Shown: piece after piece, positions 8,732-18,373 of the stretch
Numbering within the stretch: the first letter of the stretch is position 1
Layout of the letters: every line of letters begins with the position of its first letter
Source: a virus
Lineage: Duplodnaviria; Heunggongvirae; Uroviricota; Caudoviricetes
Virus record (IMG/VR): IMGVR_UViG_2690316269_000013
Coordinates: 1 to 19,402 of that record
Reading direction: 5' to 3' (one strand)
DNA length: 19,402 nt
Notes under the pieces: model-generated
The model's input: the letters and a program-made list of their open reading frames with translations, nothing else
Database searches by the model: none
What the model was told of the DNA's origin: nothing
Program-made: the position numbers and the translations under genes

Positions 8732-10556
8732 ATTTGAGCTTAAGGCGTTGATCACCGGTGTCGACAGACTTTCTCCCGCGCTGTCGAAAATGCAAAAGAA
8801 AATCCGGGGATTTAAACGCCAGGCGGAAGAAGCATCACAGGGTGGGCTGGCGCTTGGTGGCGGACTGGCAGCGGGTCTGACGCTTTCCCTGAAATCTTAT
8901 GCCGATCAGGAAAACGCCGCCACCGGGCTGAAAGTCGCCATGATGGATGCGAACGGCGAGGTCGGAAAGAGCTTTCAGGACATCAATAAACTGGCTATTG
9001 GCCTGGGTAACCAGCTACCCGGTACAACGGCTGATTTCCAGAACATGATGCAGATGCTGGTGCGTCAGGGGATCCCGGCAGAAAACATTCTGGGTGGTGT
9101 GGGTAAAGCGACAGCTTATCTTGCGGTACAACTGAAAAAAACACCGGAAGCGGCTGCTGAGTTTGCTGCAAAGATGCAGGATGCTACCGGAACGGCGTCA
9201 GAAGACATGATGGGGCTGTTCGACACTATCCAGAAGGCGTTTTATCTGGGCGTTGACGATACCAACATGTTGTCCTTCTTCACTAAAACCAGTTCTGTTC
9301 TGAAGATGGTGAACAAGGATGGTCTTCAGGCTGCACAGAGCCTTGCCCCCATCAGCGTCATGATGGATCAGATGGGGATGAACGGGGAGTCGGCAGGTAA
9401 TGCCCTGCGAAAAGTTATCCAGTCCGGATTAAGCGTTAAGAAAATCAGGGACGTTAATAAAATCATGGCCCGCCAGAAACTCGGGGTACAGCTCGATTTT
9501 ACTGACGGCAAAGGGAGTTTTGGCGGTCTTGATAACATGTTCAGGCAACTGGCAAAGCTGCGAAAACTGACCGACGTTAAGCGAACAGGTGTACTTAAGG
9601 CAATATTTGGTGATGATGCGGAAACTCTTCAGGTGGTCAATGCACTAATCGATAAAGGAAAGGATGGCTACGATCAGATCCAGCAGAAGATGAATAAACA
9701 GGCCAGCCTGAATAAACGTGTTCAGGCACAGCTTGGTACGCTGTCCAACCTGTGGGAGGCAATGACAGGGACCGCAACTAACGGCCTTGCGGCTATTGGC
9801 GGCGCATTTTCTGGTGACGCTAAAAATATCACACAATGGCTGGGGGAGTTGGGGGAGAAATTCACGAAGTTTGCGGATGAAAATCCCCGGGTTATTCGCG
9901 GCGTCGTCGGGCTTGCTGCCGGTCTTGCGATTCTGAAACTGGGATTGATGGGCGTGGGCAGTGCCATCAGTATTGTCAGCAGGATTATGTCGATGACGCC
10001 GATTGGCATGATTGCGACGGCGATTGCTCTGGCTGCGGGATTAATTATCACTAACTGGGATGTTGTCGGACCTTATTTCAAGAAGCTCTGGGAAACCATT
10101 GGTCCTTATTTTGAGGCAGGTTGGGAACTTCTGAAGAAGGTTTTTGCCTGGTCGCCGCTGGGGATGGTGATCAATAACTGGGGACCGGTTGTTAAGTGGT
10201 TTCAGGATATGTGGGACAAGCTGAAGCCAATTATTGAGTGGTTTACCGACAGTTCCGGTGACACGGTCGATGCCATTAACTCTGCGCAGTGGGGCGCGGG
10301 TGCTTATGATGCTTATGGGACGGGAATACCGGCGCGGGGATACACACCTTATCCGGCGGTGGATCCGGCTCAGTCAAACAACGCCTCCGATGCCACAGGC
10401 TCGAATCCCTTCATGATTAACAAAGCTTCTGTGCCAAAAGTTGATGGTGAGATCAAGGTCTCTTTTGTGAATTCGCCTCCGGGTATGCGGGTTATGGAAA
10501 CGCGATCCAGCGGTTTTGATGTCAGCCATGATGTTGGCTATACGCGGTTCAGGTAG
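8724..10556 (+). CDS. Tail tape measure protein
   Basis: 610 aa, AGGAGA ribosome-binding site. Ala/Gly-rich stretches and a long hydrophobic segment (…GLAAGLAILKLGLMGVGSAISIVS…). Follows the frameshifted chaperone. Confidence 0.85.
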   Translation: MAEFELKALITGVDRLSPALSKMQKKIRGFKRQAEEASQGGLALGGGLAAGLTLSLKSYADQENAATGLKVAMMDANGEVGKSFQDINKLAIGLGNQLPGTTADFQNMMQMLVRQGIPAENILGGVGKATAYLAVQLKKTPEAAAEFAAKMQDATGTASEDMMGLFDTIQKAFYLGVDDTNMLSFFTKTSSVLKMVNKDGLQAAQSLAPISVMMDQMGMNGESAGNALRKVIQSGLSVKKIRDVNKIMARQKLGVQLDFTDGKGSFGGLDNMFRQLAKLRKLTDVKRTGVLKAIFGDDAETLQVVNALIDKGKDGYDQIQQKMNKQASLNKRVQAQLGTLSNLWEAMTGTATNGLAAIGGAFSGDAKNITQWLGELGEKFTKFADENPRVIRGVVGLAAGLAILKLGLMGVGSAISIVSRIMSMTPIGMIATAIALAAGLIITNWDVVGPYFKKLWETIGPYFEAGWELLKKVFAWSPLGMVINNWGPVVKWFQDMWDKLKPIIEWFTDSSGDTVDAINSAQWGAGAYDAYGTGIPARGYTPYPAVDPAQSNNASDATGSNPFMINKASVPKVDGEIKVSFVNSPPGMRVMETRSSGFDVSHDVGYTRFR

Positions 10557-10615
10557 TGTACAAAATGATTAATGTGTTTTTGTCTGGCATAATTTGGGTT
10601 TTCAGCTTTAAGTAG

Positions 10616-10625
10616 TTAATATAAT
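10616..10625 (+). promoter_or_regulatory. Candidate sigma70 -10 element (TATAAT) upstream of the AT-rich insert gene
   Basis: Perfect TATAAT at 10620-10625, about 30 nt upstream of the ATG at 10656. No convincing -35 hexamer found. This intergenic gap is unusual in an otherwise translationally coupled operon. Confidence 0.3.
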
Positions 10626-10655
10626 CATTCCTTACAAATGATTGAAGGGATGATT

Positions 10656-11150
10656 ATGCGTATCTTTGTTTTTTTTATATCTGCACTTTTATCTTTTAAC
10701 TTGGCTGCGGAAGAGTGTAAGTTCAGCTTTAATGAGTCAGAATTAATCTCTTCTATAGGTATTGCACCAGTTAAGCAAGAGATAATAAAGGATGAAGGAA
10801 TAACTAAGCGGCAATATGAATTCAGAAGAGAATTATCTTCTGAAGAAATGCTTAGTGATGACGCTGATGAAAAATATGAGCCGCAGTTTTATATATCTGT
10901 TTATAATCCATCATGCCCACAAAAGGTTATTGTTTGGTTTTTCAAAGACAATAAAAACACAATGGATTTAAGTAATGAGGTCCTTGCTGGTAGAGCGTTC
11001 AAGTATTTAACTGGTGTTAATGAAAGTATTTTTGAAAATAAAATGAAAAAGTTTTTAAAGGTACAGTCATTTGAATCTTTTGATGAAAGAACAGATTCTA
11101 AATTTATAAAGAGTGGTAATATTTATTCCATTGATGTTCAACTCAGATAG
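10656..11150 (+). CDS. Secreted or periplasmic protein of unknown function, encoded on an AT-rich insertion (moron)
   Basis: Track ORF is 10638-11150. I favour the ATG at 10656 because GAAGGG lies ~6 nt upstream and the product then begins MRIFVFFISALLSFNLAAEEC, a classic signal peptide (basic n-region, hydrophobic core, NLA-A cleavage site; no lipobox). Mature part has two Cys. G+C is visibly far lower than the flanking genes. I do not recognise the family. Confidence 0.7.
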   Translation: MRIFVFFISALLSFNLAAEECKFSFNESELISSIGIAPVKQEIIKDEGITKRQYEFRRELSSEEMLSDDADEKYEPQFYISVYNPSCPQKVIVWFFKDNKNTMDLSNEVLAGRAFKYLTGVNESIFENKMKKFLKVQSFESFDERTDSKFIKSGNIYSIDVQLR

Positions 11151-11169
11151 TAATTAAAAATATTAGGTT

Positions 11170-11226
11170 CCCGCCACATCTTCTGCGATGTAAATAACTG
11201 ACAAAGCAGATTTGGCGGGTTTTTTG
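11170..11226 (+). terminator. Possible intrinsic terminator after the insert gene
   Basis: CCCGCCA (11170-11176) pairs with TGGCGGG (11213-11219), with inner pairing TCTGC (11182-11186)/GCAGA (11206-11210), followed by TTTTTT (11220-11225). The enclosed loop is long, so this is not a textbook terminator. Confidence 0.4.
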
Positions 11227-11240
11227 TATCCGGAGTTTAT

Positions 11241-12569
11241 ATGACGTGGAAAGACAGGCTTCAGGATGCGTCATTTCGCGGCGTACCGTTTAAGGTTGAA
11301 GAAGAAAGTGCGGGAACCGGTCGCCGTGTGGAAACACACGAATATCCGAACCGCGACAAGCCCTATACCGAAGATCTGGGAAAAGTCACTTTCCGCCCGT
11401 CCATCACAGCTTATGTGGTGGGAGATGACTGCTTTGACCAGCGCGATCGCCTGATTGAAGCGCTGAATAAACCCGGTCCCGGCACGCTTGTCCACCCGAC
11501 ATATGGTGAGCTGAAAGTCTGTGTTGACGGGGAAGTTCGGGTCAGCACATCGAAAAGTGAAGGGCGTATTGTCCGCTTTGACCTGAAGTTTGTCGAAGCA
11601 GGAGAAATCTCTTACCCCACATCAGGTGCGGCGACGGCGCAGACGCTGATGTCATCCTGTTCTGCACTGGATGACTGCATCAGTGACAGCTTCAGCGGTT
11701 TCAGTATCGATGGTGTGGCGGATTTCGTGCAGAACGACGTTATCGGTAATGCCAGCATAATGCTGGGGTATGTTTCTGATGCGATGAAAGTGGTGGATTC
11801 TGCCGTATCGGATGCCGCCAGGCTGTTGCAGGGGGATATCTCGGTACTTCTGCCGCCGCCATCGTCAGGCAAAAATTTCGTTGAGCAGGTGCAGAAAATG
11901 TGGCGTACCGGGAAACGCCTTTATGGTAACGCCAGCGACCTGGTCACCATGATCAAAACGCTTTCCGGTGTCAGCCTCGGCAGCGATCTGCAACCGCGCG
12001 GCGTCTGGAAAACGGACAGTAAAACCACCGCCACGGCGACGCAGCAGCGTAACGTGGTTGCCAGCACCCTTCGTACGACCGCAATCAGCGAAGCGGCGTA
12101 TGCCGTCACCCGATTGCCTGCGCCAACAACTTCCGCGGTGATGCAGAATTCCGCAGTGGGGCAGGCAACAACACCCGCGCAGAGCACTGGCTGGCCTTCC
12201 GTCACGCATCCGGCACTGAACAATGCACCGGCGGTGAAAAACACGGTTGACCTGCCGACGTGGGAAGAACTGACTGACATTCGCGACACACTGAATACGG
12301 CAATTGATAAGGAGTTGTCCCGTACAACCAGCGATGCGCTGTTTCTGGCGCTGCGCCGGGTGAAAGCAGATCTGAATGCGGATATCAACACGCGCCTTGA
12401 ACAGTCTGCACGGATCATTCAGCGCACACCGGATGAGGTTTTACCCGCGCTGGTGCTGGCGGCGACCTGGTTTGATAACGCGGCGCGTGACGCGGACATT
12501 ATCCGGCGTAATGCCATTACGCATCCCGGCTTTGTGCCGGTGATCCCTCTGAAGGTGCCAGTGCAATGA
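11241..12569 (+). CDS. DNA circulation protein (Mu gpN-like)
   Basis: 442 aa. N-terminus MTWKDRLQDASFRGVPFKVEEE...HEYPNRDKPYTEDLG matches my memory of the Mu N family. Located between tape measure and baseplate hub. Confidence 0.8.
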   Translation: MTWKDRLQDASFRGVPFKVEEESAGTGRRVETHEYPNRDKPYTEDLGKVTFRPSITAYVVGDDCFDQRDRLIEALNKPGPGTLVHPTYGELKVCVDGEVRVSTSKSEGRIVRFDLKFVEAGEISYPTSGAATAQTLMSSCSALDDCISDSFSGFSIDGVADFVQNDVIGNASIMLGYVSDAMKVVDSAVSDAARLLQGDISVLLPPPSSGKNFVEQVQKMWRTGKRLYGNASDLVTMIKTLSGVSLGSDLQPRGVWKTDSKTTATATQQRNVVASTLRTTAISEAAYAVTRLPAPTTSAVMQNSAVGQATTPAQSTGWPSVTHPALNNAPAVKNTVDLPTWEELTDIRDTLNTAIDKELSRTTSDALFLALRRVKADLNADINTRLEQSARIIQRTPDEVLPALVLAATWFDNAARDADIIRRNAITHPGFVPVIPLKVPVQ

Positions 12570-13645
12570 ACGACAATGTCACGCTACGGGTAAATGGCCG
12601 GGAGTGGAATGGCTGGACATCGGTGCGCATCGGTGCCGGTATTGAACGGCTGGCGCGGGATTTCAGTGTGGAGATCACCCGCCAGTGGCCGGGAGATGAG
12701 GGTATCACCACGCTTCAGCCGCGCATTAAAAACGGTTCAAAAGTGGAAGTGCTGATTGGTGATGAGCTGGTGATCACCGGCTGGGTGGAGGCGACGCCCG
12801 TTCGTTACGATTCCCGTTCGGTCAGCACCGGTATTGCCGGACGTAGTCTGACGGCTGACCTGATTGACTGTGCAGCCGAACCGACACAGTTTAACGGACG
12901 CTCGCTGGTGCAGATTGCGCAGGCGCTTGCTGCGCCTTTCGGCATTGAGGTGGTGAACAGCGGTGCGCCGTCGGGTGTTATTCCTGATGTTCAGCCTGAT
13001 CACGGTGAAACGGTGATTGAGGTAATCAACAAAATACTCGGTCAGCAGCAGGCACTGGCTTACGACGACCCGCACGGCAGGCTGGTGATTGGCGGTATTG
13101 GCTCAACGCGGGCACATACTGCGCTGGTACTCGGGGAAAACATCCTTTCCTGCGATACGGAGAAGAGTATCCGGGAGCGGTTTTCTGTTTACCAGGTGGC
13201 GGGGCAGCGTGCCGGAAACGACGATGATTTCGGTGAGGCCACCACCACCGCGCTGCGGGCCCGCACAGAGGACGCATTTATTGCCCGTTACCGTCCGATG
13301 TATATCAGGCAGACAGGGCAGGCTACGGGGGCAGGCTGTATTGCCCGTGCGGACTTTGAAGCCAGACAACGGGCGGCGCGGACGGATGAAACCACCTATG
13401 TGGTGCAGGGCTGGCGACAGGGTAACGGTACGCTGTGGCAGCCCAACCAGCGGGTGATTGTCTTTGATCCGGTCTGTGGTTTCGACAATACCGAACTGCT
13501 TGTTTCGGAAGTCACGTTTACTCAGGACCAGAACGGCACCCTGACGGAAATCCGTGTCGGCCCACCTGATGCTTATCTGCCTGAACCCGAAGCCCCCGGC
13601 GCGCGGAAAAAGAAAAAAGCCAGAGTACAGGAGGACCCGTTCTGA
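12566..13645 (+). CDS. Baseplate hub protein (Mu gpP / gp44-like, P2 gpD analogue)
   Basis: 359 aa, ATGA-coupled to the upstream gene, in the conserved position after the DNA-circulation gene. Confidence 0.75.
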   Translation: MNDNVTLRVNGREWNGWTSVRIGAGIERLARDFSVEITRQWPGDEGITTLQPRIKNGSKVEVLIGDELVITGWVEATPVRYDSRSVSTGIAGRSLTADLIDCAAEPTQFNGRSLVQIAQALAAPFGIEVVNSGAPSGVIPDVQPDHGETVIEVINKILGQQQALAYDDPHGRLVIGGIGSTRAHTALVLGENILSCDTEKSIRERFSVYQVAGQRAGNDDDFGEATTTALRARTEDAFIARYRPMYIRQTGQATGAGCIARADFEARQRAARTDETTYVVQGWRQGNGTLWQPNQRVIVFDPVCGFDNTELLVSEVTFTQDQNGTLTEIRVGPPDAYLPEPEAPGARKKKKARVQEDPF

Positions 13646-14193
13646 TGAGGACGATTGAAGCCATGCAGCGACAACTCCTCGGCCTGATTGGGCGGGCCGT
13701 GGTGAAAAGCATCAGTGCCGCCACGAAATGTCAGACCGTGGATGTGTCCCTGATTGCCGGTGAACCCAAAGCCGGGGTTGAACATCTTGAACCCTACGGT
13801 TTTACCGCAAGGGCAAACAGCGGTGCGGAAGCGGTGGTGTTGTTTCCGGATGGCGACCGTTCTCATGCGGTGGTTGTTACGGTGTCGGACCGGCGCTACC
13901 GCCTGAAAGGGCTGCAGACGGGTGAGGTGGCTGTCTATGACGATCAGGGGCAGTCCGTGACGCTGACCCGGGAGGGGATCGTGGTGGACGGTGCAGGTAA
14001 AACGATCACGTTTCGCAATTCACCTAAAGCACGTTTTGAAATGGACCTGGAAGTGACAGGACAGGTGAAAGACCTGTGCGACTCCGGCGGCACCACCATG
14101 TCAGCGATGCGGCTTGCCTATAACGGGCATCGTCACAGAGAGAACGGTCAGGGCAGTAACACCGACAAACCTGATAAAGCGATGGAGGCATGA
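13645..14193 (+). CDS. Baseplate assembly / spike protein (gpV-like, Mu gp45-like)
   Basis: 182 aa, TGATG-coupled. Size, position and OB-fold-like N-terminal region fit a gpV-type spike. Confidence 0.7.
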   Translation: MRTIEAMQRQLLGLIGRAVVKSISAATKCQTVDVSLIAGEPKAGVEHLEPYGFTARANSGAEAVVLFPDGDRSHAVVVTVSDRRYRLKGLQTGEVAVYDDQGQSVTLTREGIVVDGAGKTITFRNSPKARFEMDLEVTGQVKDLCDSGGTTMSAMRLAYNGHRHRENGQGSNTDKPDKAMEA

Positions 14194-14618
14194 TGGAACT
14201 GTGGCTGACGGTGAACGGTAAACGCACCTGCGCCAGCGCACCGCTGGATCCGCTGACCCGCGCCGTGGTGATTTCCCTGTTTACCTGGCGGCGGGCGGAG
14301 CCTGATGACAACGCCGACGTCCCGATGGGATGGTGGGGGGATACCTGGCCTGCGGTACAGAATGACCGTTACGGCTCCCGACTGTGGCTGCTTCAGCGCA
14401 GCAAACTGACCAATCAGCTGGTGCAGACGGTAAGGGGGTATATCCGCGAATGCCTGCAATGGATGATTGATGACGGCGTGGTGTCCCGTATTGATCTGGA
14501 TATCCGCCGCACCGGGATTAATGAACTGGGTAACAGTATCACTCTCTGGCGTCGTGACGGACCGGTAATGATTTCTTTTGATGATCTGTGGAGTGCGATA
14601 ACGCATGGCGGACAGTGA
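14190..14618 (+). CDS. Baseplate protein (Mu gp46-like, gpW/gp25-type)
   Basis: 142 aa, overlapping start, sits between spike and baseplate J genes. Confidence 0.6.
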   Translation: MMELWLTVNGKRTCASAPLDPLTRAVVISLFTWRRAEPDDNADVPMGWWGDTWPAVQNDRYGSRLWLLQRSKLTNQLVQTVRGYIRECLQWMIDDGVVSRIDLDIRRTGINELGNSITLWRRDGPVMISFDDLWSAITHGGQ

Positions 14619-15663
14619 ATTTCAGCGCCCGACGCTGGCAGAAAATATCAGTATGCTCCGTAACGATTTATTTGCCAGGCTGGACGTCAGCGACACGCTC
14701 CGGCGCATGGATGAAGACGTGCGGGCAAAGGTGTATGCGGCGGCGCTGCATACGGTTTACGGGTACATCGATTATCTGGCAATGAATATGCTGCCTGACC
14801 TGTGCGATGAGTCCTGGCTGGCGCGACATGCTGCGATGAAACGGTGTCCGCGCAAGGGGGCCACGGCTGCCAGCGGGTATATGCGCTGGGAAGGTGTCAG
14901 CGATGGCCTGAAGGTGACCGCCGGGAGTGTTATTCAGCGCGATGACCTGGTTCAGTACACGGCAACTGCCGATGCAACCAGCACTGGTGGTGTCCTGCGT
15001 GTGCCGATCACTTGCTCAACTACAGGCGCGGTCGGTAACGCTGACGACGGTACGGCATTAATCCTGGTCACGCCGGTGAATGGTCTGCCGTCTTCCGGTG
15101 TGGCTGACACCCTGACAGGCGGATTTGATACTGAAGAGCTGGAAACGTGGCGCGCCCGCGTCATTGAGCGGTATTACTGGACGCCTCAGGGCGGGGCTGA
15201 CGGGGACTATGTCGTCTGGGCTAAAGAAGTGCCCGGCATTACCCGCGCATGGACATACCGACACTGGATGGGAACGGGGACTGTCGGTGTGATGATTGCC
15301 AGCAGTGACCTGATTAATCCCATTCCGGAAGAGTCAACGGAAACGGCGGCAAGACAACATATCGAGCCACTGGCCCCGGTGGCAGGCTCTGATTTGTATG
15401 TATTCAGGCCGGTGGCGCATAAAGTGGATTTTCATATCCGCGTGACGCCGGACACACCGGAAATACGGGCTGCCATCACCGCCGAGTTGCGTTCGTTCCT
15501 GCTGCGTGATGGTTATCCGCAGGGAGAACTGAAGGTGTCACGTATCAGTGAAGCGATTTCCGGTGCGAACGGGGAATACAGCCATCAGTTGCTTGCCCCG
15601 GCGGACAATATCTCCATTGCAAAAAATGAGCTGGCGGTTCTGGGGACGATTTCATGGACGTGA
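14605..15663 (+). CDS. Baseplate J-like protein (Mu gp47 / P2 gpJ-like)
   Basis: 352 aa, in conserved order before the gp48/YmfQ-like gene and the tail fibre. Confidence 0.8.
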   Translation: MADSEFQRPTLAENISMLRNDLFARLDVSDTLRRMDEDVRAKVYAAALHTVYGYIDYLAMNMLPDLCDESWLARHAAMKRCPRKGATAASGYMRWEGVSDGLKVTAGSVIQRDDLVQYTATADATSTGGVLRVPITCSTTGAVGNADDGTALILVTPVNGLPSSGVADTLTGGFDTEELETWRARVIERYYWTPQGGADGDYVVWAKEVPGITRAWTYRHWMGTGTVGVMIASSDLINPIPEESTETAARQHIEPLAPVAGSDLYVFRPVAHKVDFHIRVTPDTPEIRAAITAELRSFLLRDGYPQGELKVSRISEAISGANGEYSHQLLAPADNISIAKNELAVLGTISWT

Positions 15664-16238
15664 CAAACGATGATTATATCCGTCTGTTGTCGGCACTGTT
15701 GCCGCCCGGTCCGGCGTGGTCAGTCAGCGATCCGGCGATTGCCGGTGCGGCACCGTCATTAACCCGCGTTCATCAGCGTGCGGATGCCCTGATGCGGGAG
15801 CTGGATCCGCGCACCACCACTGAACTGATAAACCGCTGGGAGCGTCTGTGCGGTCTGCCGGATGAATGTATTCCCGCAGGGACACAGACCCTTCGCCAGC
15901 GTCAGCAACGGCTGGATGCGAAGGTTAATCTGGCGGGCGGCATCAATGAGGATTTTTATCTTGCACAGCTTGCTGCCCTGGGCAGACCAGACGCCACTAT
16001 CACGCGATACGATAAAAGCACGTTCACCTGCTCATCGGCCTGTACTGACGCAGTGAATGCGCCGGAATGGCGGTATTACTGGCAGGTCAACATGCCAGCC
16101 GCCACCAACACCACCTGGATGACATGTGGCGATCCCTGTGATTCCGCACTGCGTATCTGGGGCGACACCGTTGTCGAGTGCGTGCTTAACAAACTCTGCC
16201 CTTCGCATACCTACGTAATTTTTAAATATCCGGAGTAA
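15654..16238 (+). CDS. Tail protein (Mu gp48 / YmfQ-like, DUF2313; P2 gpI analogue)
   Basis: 194 aa, overlaps the J-like gene and directly precedes the tail fibre gene, as in e14 and Mu. Confidence 0.6.
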   Translation: MDVTNDDYIRLLSALLPPGPAWSVSDPAIAGAAPSLTRVHQRADALMRELDPRTTTELINRWERLCGLPDECIPAGTQTLRQRQQRLDAKVNLAGGINEDFYLAQLAALGRPDATITRYDKSTFTCSSACTDAVNAPEWRYYWQVNMPAATNTTWMTCGDPCDSALRIWGDTVVECVLNKLCPSHTYVIFKYPE

Positions 16239-16241
16239 TCC

Positions 16242-16997
16242 ATGCATCGTATAGACACGAAAACCGCGCAGAAGGATAAGTTCGGCGCGGGTAAAAACGG
16301 TTTTACCCGTGGTAACCCCCAGACTGGCACGCCTGCCACCGATCTGGATGATGACTACTTTGACATGTTGCAGGAGGAGCTTTGCAGCGTTGTAGAGGCA
16401 TCCGGTGCCAGTCTCGAGAAGGCGCGGCACGACCAGCTGCTTACCGCACTTCGTGCGCTGCTGTTAAGCCGCAAGAATCCGTTTGGCGATATCAAATCGG
16501 ATGGCACTGTGCAAACGGCTCTCGAAAACCTTGGTTTGGGAGAAGGCTCAGCGTTACCCGTTGGTGTACCTGTTCCGTGGCCTTCAGCCACACCGCCAAC
16601 AGGCTGGATTAAATGCAACGGTGCGCCTTTTTCTGCTGAAGAATACCCGGAGCTGGCAAAAGTTTATCCAGCGTTAAAATTGCCTGATTTGCGCGGTGAA
16701 TTTATCCGTGGCTGGGATGATGGGCGCGGGGTTGATAGTGGGCGCGTTGTTTTAACTGGTCAGAGCCAATCAGTACAGCAGCATACTCATGATCTAGCGA
16801 TGGCATACAGTTCAGATACCGCTTACAGGGACAGGCTGGGCGATACCCCTGACTCTGACATGATTCCGATTAAATATATGATTAATGCAACCACTTTTAA
16901 TGGCTCTGGTTGGGTTTACTTAAAGGCGAATGGTTCAACAGGTGCTGAAACTCGCCCGCGCAACCTCGCATTCAACTACATTGTAAGGGCAGTATAA
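16242..16997 (+). CDS. Tail fibre protein: constant N-terminal part fused to the currently expressed variable C-terminal part
   Basis: GGAG ribosome-binding site. 251 aa with C-terminal motifs typical of enterobacterial fibre tips (…[58 protein letters not shown]…). An invertase crossover site lies inside the gene at 16520-16546. Confidence 0.75.
   Translation: MHRIDTKTAQKDKFGAGKNGFTRGNPQTGTPATDLDDDYFDMLQEELCSVVEASGASLEKARHDQLLTALRALLLSRKNPFGDIKSDGTVQTALENLGLGEGSALPVGVPVPWPSATPPTGWIKCNGAPFSAEEYPELAKVYPALKLPDLRGEFIRGWDDGRGVDSGRVVLTGQSQSVQQHTHDLAMAYSSDTAYRDRLGDTPDSDMIPIKYMINATTFNGSGWVYLKANGSTGAETRPRNLAFNYIVRAV
16520..16546 (+). repeat. Left recombination (crossover) site for the DNA invertase, inside the tail fibre gene
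   Basis: TCTCGAAAACC-TT-GGTTTGGGAGAAGG is an imperfect palindrome around a central TT and resembles hix/gix-type sites. The 15-nt core TTGGTTTGGGAGAAG recurs in inverted orientation at 18361-18375. Confidence 0.6.
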
Positions 16998-17602
16998 TGA
17001 CCGCAAAAGAAATTTCATTAGATGAAAACGGTTTCGCCACGGAAGACGGATATATCACCGTTTATAATTATGATGGCGTGACGCGTGAATATATCGGTTT
17101 AGCTGTTGAATATCTTCCCGTTGGCGTTGGTGTTCCAGGCAATTCGTGCGTGGATGCGCCAATCAGCAAAAAGGACGGCTTTGCTGTTTGCCGGACGGCT
17201 GATTTGACCGGTTGGGAATACGTTGCAGACCATCGCGGCGAAACCGTTTACAGCACGGAAACTGGAAAGCATGTGACAGTTTCACGGTTGGGAGAATACC
17301 CGGAAGGCACCACCACCACAGCACCATCTACGCCATATGACAAATGGGATGGTGAGAAATGGGCTACAGATAGCGATAAACAGCACTCGGCGAACGTGGC
17401 CGAAGCCGAGCAACAGAAAACAAATCTTCTGAACGCCGCAAATTCAAAAATCAGCCTGTGGCAAACGGAACTGCAGTTAGGCATTATCAGTGGCGATGAC
17501 AAAGCCAGCCTGATTGCCTGGATTGGCTACATTAAGGCGGTGCAGGCAACAGATACCAGCACCGCGCCGAATGTCATCTGGCCTGAACTGCCGGAGGCGT
17601 AG
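16997..17602 (+). CDS. Tail fibre assembly protein (chaperone for the + orientation fibre tip)
   Basis: 201 aa, TAATG-coupled to the fibre gene. Conserved Tfa-type C-terminus (…WIGYIKAVQATDTSTAPNVIWPELPEA). Confidence 0.75.
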   Translation: MTAKEISLDENGFATEDGYITVYNYDGVTREYIGLAVEYLPVGVGVPGNSCVDAPISKKDGFAVCRTADLTGWEYVADHRGETVYSTETGKHVTVSRLGEYPEGTTTTAPSTPYDKWDGEKWATDSDKQHSANVAEAEQQKTNLLNAANSKISLWQTELQLGIISGDDKASLIAWIGYIKAVQATDTSTAPNVIWPELPEA

Positions 17603-18014
17603 GCCATTCAATATCTGGCGCACCGGAAGTATCGACCAGTTCCAGTGCGTCCAGATAATCCAGCCACAAATTATATTGCGCCAGTTCCTCACCTTTCAGG
17701 CGACCAATCGCTGCTTTACCAGGCCATTGCTTACTGTATATGTATTCGTTGACCTGATTAATCAATTGCTGCTTTTCCAGTTCGGTTGCGGCAATTTGTT
17801 CCTCATGAGTTGGCGGTGGAATATCAATCCATGCAGGCATTCCGTCGATGACGCCTCTGTATTTTCCTTCTGGTGCTTCCTTCATAAATTCGGCGGCAAC
17901 AGTGTCGTCAATTTCGATTCCATCACCGGGCCATTCGCCGGATTCCTGATAAGCGATTTTAAGCTCCACAGGGAAAAACGCATTTTTATCGGCACTGAAA
18001 ATATATTTCTGCAT
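17574..18014 (-). CDS. Alternative tail fibre assembly protein (chaperone for the inverted-orientation fibre tip)
   Basis: 146 aa on the minus strand with a Tfa-type C-terminus (…LWLDYLDALELVDTSGAPDIEWPTPPAVQAR). Its 3' end overlaps the + strand chaperone gene by about 29 nt. Confidence 0.75.
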   Translation of the reverse strand: MQKYIFSADKNAFFPVELKIAYQESGEWPGDGIEIDDTVAAEFMKEAPEGKYRGVIDGMPAWIDIPPPTHEEQIAATELEKQQLINQVNEYIYSKQWPGKAAIGRLKGEELAQYNLWLDYLDALELVDTSGAPDIEWPTPPAVQAR

Positions 18015-18016
18015 TT

Positions 18017-18373
18017 CTACCGTCCTATCGAAATATAACTGAATCTGTATTGCTGTGAGATATCACTGGTTGCCACACGCCACGCTGAATTACTGATATG
18101 TTCAAAATTTACAGACAAAACCTGCGGGGCAGGATTCGACGGGTCTGACTGAACGGCATCAGACATAACACTGACTGAAACCATCGGCTGATTAGGGAAT
18201 GGTATAGGGAAGTGTCCACTGATAAAGCGGGTCGTGTTTCCTGAAAAAGTGCCAAACTGAACAATATATCCACCTGGTAGCCTGAACCATCCCGAACCAG
18301 AAGCGAATGCTCCCATATCCGGTATCTGATTATCTCCTGTGCCCACATCCCTTTTCGCCGCTTCTCCCAAACC
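18017..18373 (-). CDS. Alternative tail fibre variable C-terminal segment, without its own start; expressed only after inversion
   Basis: Minus-strand frame is open from the right crossover site down to a stop at 18017-18019, 2 nt from the alternative chaperone start. Read on the minus strand, the junction encodes GLGE, the same residues as at the + strand crossover (…ENLGLGEG…), so inversion would make an in-frame fusion. The apparent start is an artefact of the ORF caller. Confidence 0.6.
   Translation of the reverse strand, partial: GLGEAAKRDVGTGDNQIPDMGAFASGSGWFRLPGGYIVQFGTFSGNTTRFISGHFPIPFPNQPMVSVSVMSDAVQSDPSNPAPQVLSVNFEHISNSAWRVATSDISQQYRFSYISIGR

Noticed and set aside
10638-10655. Upstream ATG (MIEGMIM…) as the start of the insert gene
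   Set aside because: The ATG at 10656 has a properly spaced GAAGGG site and gives a canonical signal-peptide N-terminus. The 10638 start would add six residues in front of it and has no ribosome-binding site. The longer form is not excluded.
11921-12418. Minus-strand ORFs (165 aa and 114 aa) inside the DNA-circulation gene
   Set aside because: Antisense to a confidently identified structural gene; composition looks like a GC-rich shadow frame (Arg/Ser/Ala-rich). No independent signals.
13026-13866. Several overlapping ORFs on both strands (83-122 aa) within the baseplate hub and spike genes
   Set aside because: Alternative-frame artefacts of a GC-rich coding region. The annotated + strand frame has the overlapping start-stop coupling expected of the operon.
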